From IMG/VR virus record IMGVR_UViG_3300006921_000011, positions 5,882-69,881 of that record: a stretch of 64,000 bases of DNA, one strand, 5' to 3'. This DNA comes from a virus. Shown here in pieces: positions 28,852 to 39,036 of this stretch (the stretch's first letter is position 1; every line of letters begins with the position of its first letter). Under the pieces are notes generated by a model that did not search any database, had not been told where the DNA came from, and was given only the letters and a program-made list of their open reading frames with translations. Position numbers and translations under genes: made by a program.

Positions 28852-29973
28852 ATGTCGACAATAATAACAAATACCGAAAGAACCAAACTATATACCCAAT
28901 TAAAACACCAATTAGGAGCACCTATTATTGGTGTAGAATTAGAAGACGAGATGTTAGACTCTCTATTAGAACTTGCTGTTTTAGATTATGGTATGTATGT
29001 ACAAGATTGGTTGATAGAAAACCAGTGGTCCTCACTTTATGATATTAGTATAGATGAGGCAGACTTAACAAGAGCTTTTATGACTAGAAGTCTAGACTGG
29101 GAAACATCATTCACATATGCCTATTCAAAGATTGTGGGATTACAAACTGCGGGTCCTTGGGAACTTAAAAAAGATTTTGTCTCTTTAAGTGCCAACACTC
29201 AAATTTATCAAATTCCTGCAAATAGAGAGATAAACGAAATAATGTGGTATACTCGTCCTGAATTAAATGAGATGTTAGTGGACCCCTTTTTAGGTGGTTT
29301 TGGTGGTCTTGGTGGTATAGGTATGGGTGGTGGACTTGGTGGTTGGGCACAAATGGGTATTGTAGGTTCTTATTATATGATGCCTGCTAACGACTTACTA
29401 TTAAGAATGGCAGATAGAAACATTAAAAATAGACTTATAGGTTCAGAATTAACTTATAGGGTGACAGCTGGTCCTAATGGTACTAAGTTTTTACATCTAT
29501 ATAATGTTCCTGGTGGTACTTTTGATTTTGGTAGTCAGGAAATTCATGACTCTAGGTGTTGGTATTGGTACTATGACACTGATGGAAATAGAGACGATTG
29601 TTTAGCAGCAAATAAAGATGTTGTTTTACTACCTTCCGATGTTCCAATAGACGCAATTAAGTATGTCGACCTTAATCCACCGGCGAGAGCTTGGATTAGA
29701 CGGTATTTTACCGCTCTTGCTAAAGAAACGTTAGGTAGGGTTAGAGGAAAATATAGTGGAGCATTAAAAGTACCAGATAGTGAATTAACCATGGACTACT
29801 CTAGTTTACAAACTGAAGGTGTTGATGAAAAAGCTAAACTTATAGAAGAATTAACTGGTAGACTTGAGAGACTTAGACAAGATAGTATGATGGAAAGAAA
29901 AGCTAATGAGGCTGAGAATCTTAATAAAGCATTAACATATCGTCCTTTTCAGGACCCTTATAACGTAATTTAA
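28852..29973 (+). CDS. Neck protein (gp13-like head-tail adaptor)
   Basis: LGAPIIGVELEDEML N-terminus; WIRRYFTALAKETLGRVRGKYSG C-terminal motif. Confidence 0.85.
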   Translation: MSTIITNTERTKLYTQLKHQLGAPIIGVELEDEMLDSLLELAVLDYGMYVQDWLIENQWSSLYDISIDEADLTRAFMTRSLDWETSFTYAYSKIVGLQTAGPWELKKDFVSLSANTQIYQIPANREINEIMWYTRPELNEMLVDPFLGGFGGLGGIGMGGGLGGWAQMGIVGSYYMMPANDLLLRMADRNIKNRLIGSELTYRVTAGPNGTKFLHLYNVPGGTFDFGSQEIHDSRCWYWYYDTDGNRDDCLAANKDVVLLPSDVPIDAIKYVDLNPPARAWIRRYFTALAKETLGRVRGKYSGALKVPDSELTMDYSSLQTEGVDEKAKLIEELTGRLERLRQDSMMERKANEAENLNKALTYRPFQDPYNVI

Positions 29974-29974
29974 T

Positions 29975-30865
29975 ATGGGATATCCTTATGGTGGTACAGG
30001 TTTTTATACAAGAGCCGATTTAAGTAGACAAATTTATCAACGATGTCAGACAGTGGCTACCTTATCCGGTTCTTCGGACTGGGGAGATAATCTACGTGTT
30101 AATTACTTAAGTGCAGACACATATAATTTTACAATCTCCGCTACTACAGGTACTACCGTAGTTATGGGTCTCAACACACAACCAAGACTAAATGGGTCAG
30201 CTTTACAAATTAGTCCTTATACACTACATTCGGGAACCGGTACCGATTTAGAAATAGACCTAACAAATGGGAACGTAGTTAGAACCTCATCATCAAAAAG
30301 GTATAAAGAAAATATAAGAAATTTAGAATTAGACCAACTTAAAAACTTTCTTAAATTAAGTGCAAAAAAGTTTGTCTGGAAAGGAAATCAAAGAGAAGAT
30401 ATTGGTTTAATCGCCGAAGAATTACATTATTTAGGTTTAGGAGATTGGGTTATTTACAATGGGGCCCCGTCCCTAGAAACTGTAGAAAGTATTAAATACA
30501 AACAGTTGGGTGTGGGTCTCTTAGAATTAGTTAAAGATTTATATAAAATAGTTGGTAAGACTGATGAACCTTTAGTTGATACTAATGATAACTTTGAAAA
30601 TGTTAAAGTTGTAAAAACGGACTATGTAACTAATGACGTTAGATATATTATAACTAAAGAAAATGATGTCACCATTACTCTAGACCCTTCTAAAACAAAT
30701 AGATTTTATATTAAAGCGATGACACCAACAGTAGTTAAACCCCATTATGGCCTTATAGATGAAGAATGGGAGGAAATTGCAATGGGAACACAAAGTAGTA
30801 TAGAATTATTGTGGGAAGGTACTTCTTGGTATATATTATCTTCAGACGGACTCAAGAACTCCTAA
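29975..30865 (+). CDS. Short fiber/spike protein with intramolecular chaperone (peptidase S74) domain plus extra C-terminal domain
   Basis: SSKRYKENI, IGLIAEEL, IKYKQLGVGLLELVKDL. Confidence 0.75.
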   Translation: MGYPYGGTGFYTRADLSRQIYQRCQTVATLSGSSDWGDNLRVNYLSADTYNFTISATTGTTVVMGLNTQPRLNGSALQISPYTLHSGTGTDLEIDLTNGNVVRTSSSKRYKENIRNLELDQLKNFLKLSAKKFVWKGNQREDIGLIAEELHYLGLGDWVIYNGAPSLETVESIKYKQLGVGLLELVKDLYKIVGKTDEPLVDTNDNFENVKVVKTDYVTNDVRYIITKENDVTITLDPSKTNRFYIKAMTPTVVKPHYGLIDEEWEEIAMGTQSSIELLWEGTSWYILSSDGLKNS

Positions 30866-33562
30866 GTCACTTAAAAACTTTTCAGGGTGTTCACCAATCT
30901 TATCCCAAAACACCAATTCCTCATCACTAAGTTGTAATATCTCTTCTAAAGTATCTTGGTCTCCTTCTCTTCTTGGTAACCCGTTTATGAGTTTACATTG
31001 TTTCTTAGTGAAAAATTGTATATCTTCTGGTTTTTTAACTAATAGGTTATCTCTAACATCTGGAGAGAAAACAACTAGTAATGGTTCTATTCTTTTATTA
31101 AAAACATTTACATATCTTGCAACATTATATTCACCTTTTAAATCTGGATTCCTTTGAATATCGTCTTCTTTTATTCTATAACATCGTAACAAAGTTTCTG
31201 AAGTCCCGTCTTTTAGTTTTTTATTCTGTACGTCACCATGAGAAACAGCTGTACCATTATTTACATAAAAAATAGTGTCACCCAAACTAACACTTAAATT
31301 TTCTTTTAATATTAATTCCATGTGTGCCATTTTTGACATCGGGTTCCCGGCTTTATTTTTCTTTTTAGAACGAGCAATATACTCATCAACTGTTAATTTA
31401 ACTCTAGACTTATTAGCAATTTTAGATAGTGGAATATCTTTATTATAAATTCTTTCTATATATTCGTAATAATAATCTACAAATTCTTTTCCTTGTCCCT
31501 TTAATAGAAACCCTAATCCTTTATCTAAAAAATCTGATATGTATTCTGAAAGTGTTTTTGATTTAATTGTGTTACCTGTTAATTTAATTTTACCCTTATC
31601 CGTTAATAAAGCATAATTTTTTCTAGCAACATTAATACATGATGGCCATTGTCCGTCAGTGTCTAACCCCATTTCACCTCTCATAAATAAATCATTATAT
31701 TCAGCAACATCAGCTTCGGACCCAAAGTATTTCTTACCCTCTACAACCAATTCATTATTACCTAATCCCACATACTGTCTAGTCTCCACATCTTCTGGAC
31801 AAGAAAAATTCACCCCATCCGTATCCATAACTAATGGGTCATAACCTTTTTTAATAAAATACTTAACCATTTGTCTTAAATACTGTCTCGCTGTACAAGT
31901 AACTTTTTCACCCATATTCATATCACCCCAAGGAAATACTTGTGGGGCAGACAAAGAACCGAACATTGAGTTAATGAAAATCTTAATCGGTAGTTGTTTC
32001 CTACCAAAAGACTCTGATTTTTTCTTATCTGTGACATAGTACTTTCCAGCTAAATTTTTATACTTAATTCTAGTATCTCTAAAATATTTTAACATCCCCT
32101 TCATAGCGTGTGTTATGTCACATGTTGGGAACACGTCGTGAACTAATTGTATAGATGGATATAGTGAACTAAAATCCAATTTAAGGACGTTTTCTGAATA
32201 ACCTGTTTTAACTAATCGGGATAAACCTCCAACAAAAGGTCTTTTTTCATCCTTTACGGGTATTGCCAATCCTTTATGATAAGACCATGCACACATTAAC
32301 ATTTTCCATAATGTAGCGGTACCCATTGTTGATACTCTTTCATAAGTGGTTGGGACCATAGTGGACAATAAAAAAGATGCTTGATTAAATTGTTCATCAA
32401 CTACCATTGTTTCATCTAAATCGTCCCCAAGATATTTTTCCACAATTTCAGCACCACCTATTTTTTTATAAGTGTTCGGATACCTAATTAATAAATCTTT
32501 TAACCCATCTTCATTACAAAGTTTAAACTTACCAGTTTTAGGATTAAAATAATGTTCTAAATCTTCTTCATATGTTTTGTAAATTTTATCTCCCTGGACA
32601 TAAACACGATTCTTTTTATTGGCCCCTACAAATTCAGTTATGTATTTTAACCCCCAAGACTTAATATCAGAATTAATTGTTTGAGCTCTTCTAACCGCAT
32701 GAGCCACGTCCACAATATTATAACCCCACATCTGTGTGGAAGTATAGTCTTCTATTTCAGCACCTAATTTTAATATAGAATCTTTTCTTCTTAATCTCAC
32801 ATTAGGATTTAAAGTTTTAGCTACATCTCCAATATCTAAACCTAATATTTCTGCTCTACGAATAATCCATTCCCAGTCAAAAAATGCAGAGTTATAACCT
32901 CCAATTATTGTTGGTTTTATTTCGTCAATATATTTAAAGAAATCCACAATCATTTTTCTTTCACTTTCATCATCATTGGCAAACAAAACTTTTCTATTTC
33001 CTCTATTGTCTGACATACCAATTAGAAACATTGTTCCATCATCAGGTCTAAGAGATGTGGTTTCAATATCAAAAACAAATCTATGAATTTCATCATATTC
33101 AAAAAATCCTTTAAATAACCTTTTTCCTCTTTGTGTTAAATATTGTTCTACTGGGGACATAATTAGTATAGAGTCTCTACTTTCTTTATCCCATGGATTT
33201 AAACCCCCTTGTGTAAAAAAACTTACAAGACTTCTATAGGTTTTAGTACTTTTTACCAAATACCTTAAACCATCTTCTAATCTTTCATGGTCTCCAGTCT
33301 CTAGAGGTTCAATAATAATCCCATGTTTAGACATAGCTTGTTTTTGCAATGCTTTGCTATTACTATAAAAGTTTTTCTTACGTAAATCACCAACCCAACA
33401 AAAAGGAATGAACTTATCCTTTTGGATGTGTTTACCTTTTTCGGGGTCTTCTTTTATTTTATAAATGGAATTGGTTCTGTAATCGTATTCTACAGCTACT
33501 ATGTATTTTTCGGGGTCGGTTCCTTCTAGGAAATTTTGTATTTCTTCTTGTGTGGGTGTCAT
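30842..33562 (-). CDS. Family B DNA polymerase with 3'-5' exonuclease
   Basis: FDIETT, YNSAFFDW, LDFSSLYPS, KIFINSMFG, MDTDG, KNY. Confidence 0.96.
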   Translation of the reverse strand: MTPTQEEIQNFLEGTDPEKYIVAVEYDYRTNSIYKIKEDPEKGKHIQKDKFIPFCWVGDLRKKNFYSNSKALQKQAMSKHGIIIEPLETGDHERLEDGLRYLVKSTKTYRSLVSFFTQGGLNPWDKESRDSILIMSPVEQYLTQRGKRLFKGFFEYDEIHRFVFDIETTSLRPDDGTMFLIGMSDNRGNRKVLFANDDESERKMIVDFFKYIDEIKPTIIGGYNSAFFDWEWIIRRAEILGLDIGDVAKTLNPNVRLRRKDSILKLGAEIEDYTSTQMWGYNIVDVAHAVRRAQTINSDIKSWGLKYITEFVGANKKNRVYVQGDKIYKTYEEDLEHYFNPKTGKFKLCNEDGLKDLLIRYPNTYKKIGGAEIVEKYLGDDLDETMVVDEQFNQASFLLSTMVPTTYERVSTMGTATLWKMLMCAWSYHKGLAIPVKDEKRPFVGGLSRLVKTGYSENVLKLDFSSLYPSIQLVHDVFPTCDITHAMKGMLKYFRDTRIKYKNLAGKYYVTDKKKSESFGRKQLPIKIFINSMFGSLSAPQVFPWGDMNMGEKVTCTARQYLRQMVKYFIKKGYDPLVMDTDGVNFSCPEDVETRQYVGLGNNELVVEGKKYFGSEADVAEYNDLFMRGEMGLDTDGQWPSCINVARKNYALLTDKGKIKLTGNTIKSKTLSEYISDFLDKGLGFLLKGQGKEFVDYYYEYIERIYNKDIPLSKIANKSRVKLTVDEYIARSKKKNKAGNPMSKMAHMELILKENLSVSLGDTIFYVNNGTAVSHGDVQNKKLKDGTSETLLRCYRIKEDDIQRNPDLKGEYNVARYVNVFNKRIEPLLVVFSPDVRDNLLVKKPEDIQFFTKKQCKLINGLPRREGDQDTLEEILQLSDEELVFWDKIGEHPEKFLSDLGVLESV

Positions 33563-33629
33563 ATTTTAATTTTAACGTTTGTACTATTAGCTTCATGTTC
33601 TTTACATGAATTTTACTTAACACTACTAA

Positions 33630-33658
33630 AATATAAAACTAAAAAATATGATTGTCAA
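33630..33658 (-). promoter_or_regulatory. Sigma70-like promoter for the DNA polymerase
   Basis: TTGACA-17 nt-TATATT on the minus strand. Confidence 0.45.
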
Positions 33659-34045
33659 TTAACAATCACAAGAACTATTCACAAAACTATCTGTTATATT
33701 AATATACAAATCTTCTCGGACAGGAACTATCAAATCACTACAGTCATCTATTAAAGATATATTAAATTGTGCTTGATATCTACCCACTTCACTTACATCA
33801 CTAGGTTGCCATCGATAATAGATATAATATTCAGTCGGGGAAAGTTCATCAATATTGGTTTTAGCTACAATACCTGCAGCTTTATTTAAGATGACAAACG
33901 CCCCGTTTTTAGTATCCTTCATAGAAAAAGAAATAGCAGAATTTACCAGTTTTTGATAAAAACTATCAAAATCATTTCTTCCATCCTGTACTAATTGCAT
34001 CTTCAGGATTGGTTCTGTTGAATTTTTTCTTATAAAGAATTCCAT
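33659..34045 (-). CDS. BppU-like (baseplate upper N-terminal) Ig-like structural protein
   Basis: FFIRKNSTEPIL...YRWQPSDVSEVGRYQAQF...VP pattern. Confidence 0.6.
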   Translation of the reverse strand: MEFFIRKNSTEPILKMQLVQDGRNDFDSFYQKLVNSAISFSMKDTKNGAFVILNKAAGIVAKTNIDELSPTEYYIYYRWQPSDVSEVGRYQAQFNISLIDDCSDLIVPVREDLYINITDSFVNSSCDC

Positions 34046-34050
34046 ATTTT

Positions 34051-35364
34051 TTACTCGTGATTAATTATCAAAAAGTGTATCCATCCAGCTGTTGTTAAAT
34101 CAACTGTCCCATCTCCGGAATTAAACAATCTTACATCAAAAAATCCTGCTTGTACATCATATAATGAAGCCGTTAGATTTGCATCCGCTGGTGAATCATT
34201 ATTTGTACATGTTAATAATACCACTGAATCTGTATTTCTACACTTATTGTTGTAAACTCTAAAAATAGCTCCTGTTTGAGTTGTTAAGACGGAACCACCA
34301 GCATTATATGCTCTTATTCTACCTGTACTAGAATTTAGTGTCACAGTTGTTGTGGTACTTGCTGATTGTGTAACTGTTCTTCCAGTACCTCCCGCATGTA
34401 CAAAGTCACCTGGCCATGTAGTTCCTGTAGTTCCTGAATAACCAAAAACTAGTTTGTCTTGAGCTGTTACATTATTTAAACCTTTTAAATTTCCTGTTAC
34501 TGTTATTCCTTCATCTTGGTTTAACTCTATTTTTTCAGTACCACCATTAGCTTGTAGTTTTACTTGTGTGTCACCTTGGGTTCCTCCATCGGTTAATTCT
34601 ATTAGACCTCTATTAGTTGCTTTTGAGTATATTTGTCCAGTCTCTCCGAATTTTATAAAAGTACTGGTACCACTCAGAGGTGGGCTCATTGTTAAAGACC
34701 CAAACGTCGTAGTATCTCCCGTTTGTGTAACATTACTGTCTATTTGTAGAGTACCTGAACATCCAGATACTTTGGTAACTGTAAGTGTGGTAGTGACAGC
34801 TGTCGTTCCTGTATTTGCAGAAGTTGCACCTGTAAAGTTCTCGTCAGTTAAAACACAACATAGATTTAAATCACCACATATGTCAACATTATTACTAATT
34901 GATAGTGTTCCAGTACACGCTGAAATTTGAGTTACGTGAAGAGTTGGTGTTGTTCCTGTGTCACAACCACATAAGTTCATATCACCACATACGTCTGTAT
35001 TTCCACTTAGTGTTATACCACCGGTAAATGTTACTGGACAATTAAAAGTACTTGTTGCATTTACTAATAAAGTATTAACACATGTCGTTCCTAAAGTAGT
35101 GTTAGCGACTACGGTATGGTCTGTTCCCACCCAAAGATTCCCACTTACGTCTATACTTTGTTGGAAGTTATATCCTGTCGCTACTGTTAAGTTTTCTTCT
35201 AAGTAAGGTACTCTAAGTAGGGTACCTGCAGAATTGATTACGCTTAAGTGTTCATTAGTAAACGGAGCTCCTGCGTCTGCACCCGCAAATAATGAAATAT
35301 ACCCTGAAGGTGGGGTAGTTATTACTGATTTATTCTCTAAGTTAATTCTAAGTTTTGCCGGCAT
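34051..35364 (-). CDS. Thr/Gly/Cys-rich fiber-like structural protein
   Basis: Repeats such as NTDVCGDMNLC / NVDICGDLNLC; beta-rich C-terminal domain. Confidence 0.6.
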   Translation of the reverse strand: MPAKLRINLENKSVITTPPSGYISLFAGADAGAPFTNEHLSVINSAGTLLRVPYLEENLTVATGYNFQQSIDVSGNLWVGTDHTVVANTTLGTTCVNTLLVNATSTFNCPVTFTGGITLSGNTDVCGDMNLCGCDTGTTPTLHVTQISACTGTLSISNNVDICGDLNLCCVLTDENFTGATSANTGTTAVTTTLTVTKVSGCSGTLQIDSNVTQTGDTTTFGSLTMSPPLSGTSTFIKFGETGQIYSKATNRGLIELTDGGTQGDTQVKLQANGGTEKIELNQDEGITVTGNLKGLNNVTAQDKLVFGYSGTTGTTWPGDFVHAGGTGRTVTQSASTTTTVTLNSSTGRIRAYNAGGSVLTTQTGAIFRVYNNKCRNTDSVVLLTCTNNDSPADANLTASLYDVQAGFFDVRLFNSGDGTVDLTTAGWIHFLIINHE

Positions 35365-35409
35365 GTTTTTGTTCTTTATTAATTATTTTATTTTTTATTA
35401 TCTTTCATA

Positions 35410-35727
35410 TTATGGGATGGAGACCACTACAGCTTCACCATCTAGGTTTATTTGACCATTTATAATCCACTCATCCGCATGTATAACTTGCATGTTTGTT
35501 TTAATGCAATAAATATCATTCCAATCTACAGGAGATGGGTGTGCTCCCATTGTCAACATGTCCTCTAATCTTTTGAGTCCACCTTGTACTTGACAACTAT
35601 TATTAATATTAATGTGAGTAGCAAAACTAGTTTCTCCACTAAAATTAACCCAACTAAAAAATGTGGTAGGTAAAGGTACATCACCTCCCTTCCAATTCTC
35701 TATTATATTTTTACATTTACACCCCAT
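35410..35727 (-). CDS. Hypothetical protein in structural operon
   Basis: Co-oriented and tightly spaced between structural genes. Confidence 0.55.
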   Translation of the reverse strand: MGCKCKNIIENWKGGDVPLPTTFFSWVNFSGETSFATHININNSCQVQGGLKRLEDMLTMGAHPSPVDWNDIYCIKTNMQVIHADEWIINGQINLDGEAVVVSIP

Positions 35728-35733
35728 TATATT

Positions 35734-38307
35734 TTATTTATAATAATTTCCATATATGACCATTTTTGAATCTATATCATCGTTTATCTTATTAATAACT
35801 ATTTTGACGACGTCATTTGGCCCCGCACAAAAGGGGAAAGTAACACTTTTTCCCGCTCCATGACCCATTTCACTATGAATATACATAGAATACGACGAAA
35901 TATTGTCCGTAATTGCGTTAGTAAATTTAACCCCAGACCAACCCCCAGCAGATAAATAATGGTCTAATCTATCTACCGCTAATGTTAAAACTGGATTAGA
36001 TGTATATCCAGTTACTTCCACTTTATTAATCATACATGTATCACCCGTAAACATTGTTTCTGTACAAAATACGTCAAACTCTAAAGATATATCTAAAGAA
36101 TCTCCTTCTGTTAAATATAACACTTGTCCAGGCCTGCACTCAGTAAAGTTACATCTACAATCTACTAAGTTATATCTATCTTTATCCACTAAATAATTAT
36201 GAATAATCTCATCATTTGTTAGTGGTTCTAAATAATATCTCATTTGTGAGATTCCCCCGTCAAACGTCCCAGCAAAATATTTTTCTATTAATAAACCTAA
36301 ATCTTTGTTGTCTTGGTGGTAAGGATAACACGTATCTCCAGATATAAAAGTTAAACTTTCTAATAATCCCTGAGAACCACCACCCCAAGACATGTTATAG
36401 GGAACACCCACTTGTAACTCAGGTTCCGTATTTAATCTTCTAGGTATTATCTCTTCAAAATTAGGCACTTCTAGTACAGGCCTCCCATTAACAAATAATG
36501 TTAAGGTTCCCTTTCTAAAATTAATTTCATCTAACCATACTTTATTAAAATCGATTGTTGTTTGTTCTTCAACCTTAGCTGTTATTACCGCAACACCTGG
36601 TGTTACAATTTGTCTTAAGTCATTAACTCCACCATAATTTTCTAAATCACACCCTTCATAACAATAATCTCGTTCAAATCTTGCTGTAATTTCTAACCAA
36701 GGTTCTTGTCCTATTTGGGTGCTTCCACTTAAACCACAAATTGCTTTAGATGTATATTTTTCACTAATAGTATATCCTGTCGTGTAGGTGTACCCTGTTA
36801 CACATGTACCTGTCATTATACAACTTCCAGTATAATAAAGTGCCCTATAACCCAATCGGTAATCTGGGGTCAAACGTAACCCAAAGGCATTACTCATGGA
36901 ATCTACAATATTAGGATAGGTCCACTTTTCAAAAATTGTTTTTTTGTTATTACAACCATCCACCACTATTTTTTTCTTACTTCTTTGTATTGGTAGTGTG
37001 TCCCCTGAACACGAGTAGTTCATATTGTCACATGTAGTTACTCCAGATTCACCGGAGAATACATTCCAAAACTTATTTTCCGCTCTAGTTCCCATATACC
37101 AGAAAAATCCAGCATTATCGGGGTATTTGGCGTTTAATGTGTTTTCATATCCCGGACATATATCTGGGTCTTGTCTTACCTTTAATAGACAATCTACTGT
37201 CCATCCACATTCCGTTCTTGCGGGAAGTGCTTCATACTCATAATCGTATAGTTTAAAAAACCCTTGATAGAATCCACCGTCTAATTCTTGGTATTGTCCA
37301 GCACATGAACCAGTTACACTCACTATATTATAGTTGTATGGGTTTTTAGTGTACCCAGTAACAGCATGCATTTTTAATCTTTTATCGTAATGTAAAGGGT
37401 CGTGTTTGTATTGGTCTGGTAAAGTTTCCCACAACTTAAGTGACTCAATACCACATGGTACCTTCCAGTAACCTTGTTCTACTAAAGTAGTAGCGGTGAA
37501 CACACCATTAGGTAGTCCTCCACCAGCTGGGATGGTAACCGCCGCATCACTCAGTGTAAATTTATAGGCTGTTCCCCCCGTAAAGAAACAACATGTAACA
37601 TATTCAATATTATCACAATTAAATGCAGTAAGATTATTGTTGGTTGTTTTAGCTGTATAAGATAAGGTTATAACACCACTATCGATTGTATATGGGAATT
37701 CACAACCAGTAGAACAACTAGGTGGATTTAAGATATTATTAGACCAGTTAGTTGGGATGAAGTACTTAGTGGTTCCTAGTGTGGTTCCGGTTACGGTTCC
37801 TAGGAAAGTTGTATTGGCAGTAAATGATACGTTACAAAAATCACATATTGATGGGTCTTCTTTCATATACCTGACCAGTCCGTTATCTGTCCCAGTTAAA
37901 CCGATTCCACATACGGATTCCACAAATTTAGTATATCCACTGTAGTCTCTCGTTTCACATTTTATACATCTACATAGAGCATCATGTTCATTAGGTCTAG
38001 CTTTATCCCAGTAAGATAAACTTAATAATGTGTTTGCGGAATAATATTTATTACACGCAAGATTAAAAGTTTGTGTACACCCTGTTCTATTTAAATCAAA
38101 CCACGCACCCAATTTACTAGAAGAAAATGGAGTGCCTGTTTTTACTGAACTTTCATTCCCCAGAACTCCTATAGGGGATTTAGAGTATATAACCTCCATA
38201 TTATAGTCTTTTTCATCAGACGCTAAAAAGAAATCATAGTAAGAGCTATAATTAATATGTGCATCTAATTTATTGAAAAAATAGTTATTTAAATTTTGTG
38301 GTCCCAT
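35734..38307 (-). CDS. Cys-rich virion protein with LamG/concanavalin-like elements
   Basis: GTLTLFVNG and FDGGISQMRYYLEPLTNDEIIHNY are LamG-like; TATTTAT 5 nt upstream of ATG. Confidence 0.6.
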   Translation of the reverse strand: MGPQNLNNYFFNKLDAHINYSSYYDFFLASDEKDYNMEVIYSKSPIGVLGNESSVKTGTPFSSSKLGAWFDLNRTGCTQTFNLACNKYYSANTLLSLSYWDKARPNEHDALCRCIKCETRDYSGYTKFVESVCGIGLTGTDNGLVRYMKEDPSICDFCNVSFTANTTFLGTVTGTTLGTTKYFIPTNWSNNILNPPSCSTGCEFPYTIDSGVITLSYTAKTTNNNLTAFNCDNIEYVTCCFFTGGTAYKFTLSDAAVTIPAGGGLPNGVFTATTLVEQGYWKVPCGIESLKLWETLPDQYKHDPLHYDKRLKMHAVTGYTKNPYNYNIVSVTGSCAGQYQELDGGFYQGFFKLYDYEYEALPARTECGWTVDCLLKVRQDPDICPGYENTLNAKYPDNAGFFWYMGTRAENKFWNVFSGESGVTTCDNMNYSCSGDTLPIQRSKKKIVVDGCNNKKTIFEKWTYPNIVDSMSNAFGLRLTPDYRLGYRALYYTGSCIMTGTCVTGYTYTTGYTISEKYTSKAICGLSGSTQIGQEPWLEITARFERDYCYEGCDLENYGGVNDLRQIVTPGVAVITAKVEEQTTIDFNKVWLDEINFRKGTLTLFVNGRPVLEVPNFEEIIPRRLNTEPELQVGVPYNMSWGGGSQGLLESLTFISGDTCYPYHQDNKDLGLLIEKYFAGTFDGGISQMRYYLEPLTNDEIIHNYLVDKDRYNLVDCRCNFTECRPGQVLYLTEGDSLDISLEFDVFCTETMFTGDTCMINKVEVTGYTSNPVLTLAVDRLDHYLSAGGWSGVKFTNAITDNISSYSMYIHSEMGHGAGKSVTFPFCAGPNDVVKIVINKINDDIDSKMVIYGNYYK

Positions 38308-38312
38308 TATAC

Positions 38313-38343
38313 ATAAATACTTCTTGAATTAGTTAATATTTAT
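38313..38343. promoter_or_regulatory. Divergent pair of TATTTAT late motifs
   Basis: ATAAATA at 38313-38319 (minus-strand motif) and TATTTAT at 38337-38343 in a 51 bp divergent gap. Confidence 0.55.
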
Positions 38344-38358
38344 AGTAAAACAACTATT

Positions 38359-39036
38359 ATGATTAATGAAGAAACAAAACATGATTGTAACGAAATACAC
38401 CCTGACTCATCTCATGATGACTGGTTAGCAGAAAATCCCCAAATAGAGGAAGTTGGGGAAGATGAAGAATTAGATGAATTGGTGGATTATGACGGTTCAA
38501 TATTAAGTTCCAAAGTTCCTAATAACTTTACTAAAGCTACTAAAGTTAGTAGAAGTACAAGTGATGATGTAGAAAAAGCTTCTCATATGAAGTCCCGTAA
38601 TTTTTATTATAAGAGATTTTGGGCAGAAGGATATATGGGAGCAGGGTTAGGTGATAATACCGAAACCGACACTATGAATGGTGATGAAACCATAGACATG
38701 TATACAGATGAAGAAGAAGGTTATGGACTTTCCCTATCTAAAGCAGTGGAAAAAGCAGAAGAAAAAGGGAAAATTGTTAAAGGAACTAAAAAACAATTAG
38801 AAGGTAATAAAATGAGAATTACCGAAAAAGAAAAAATTAAAAAAATAGTAGAGAAATTATTAACTAATAAAGATAGTGATGCTAGTGTAGGTGATAAAGA
38901 GCAAGAATTACATGATGAGGGAGAAATAGACCCTATTATTAAAAGAAAATTTAAAAGTCTAGTAAAATCAATTAATTCAACATCTGACCTTAGTGTCGAT
39001 GAAGTTATAAAAAACCTACTCAATAATGCCGGATAA
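38359..39036 (+). CDS. Acidic hypothetical protein, possible internal head protein
   Basis: MINE start; ELDE and ITE...IKKIVE sites; late motif upstream. Confidence 0.55.
   Translation: MINEETKHDCNEIHPDSSHDDWLAENPQIEEVGEDEELDELVDYDGSILSSKVPNNFTKATKVSRSTSDDVEKASHMKSRNFYYKRFWAEGYMGAGLGDNTETDTMNGDETIDMYTDEEEGYGLSLSKAVEKAEEKGKIVKGTKKQLEGNKMRITEKEKIKKIVEKLLTNKDSDASVGDKEQELHDEGEIDPIIKRKFKSLVKSINSTSDLSVDEVIKNLLNNAG

Noticed and set aside
30842-33562. Intein or intron in the DNA polymerase
   Set aside because: Motifs are normally spaced; no C...HN splice junctions or LAGLIDADG blocks seen
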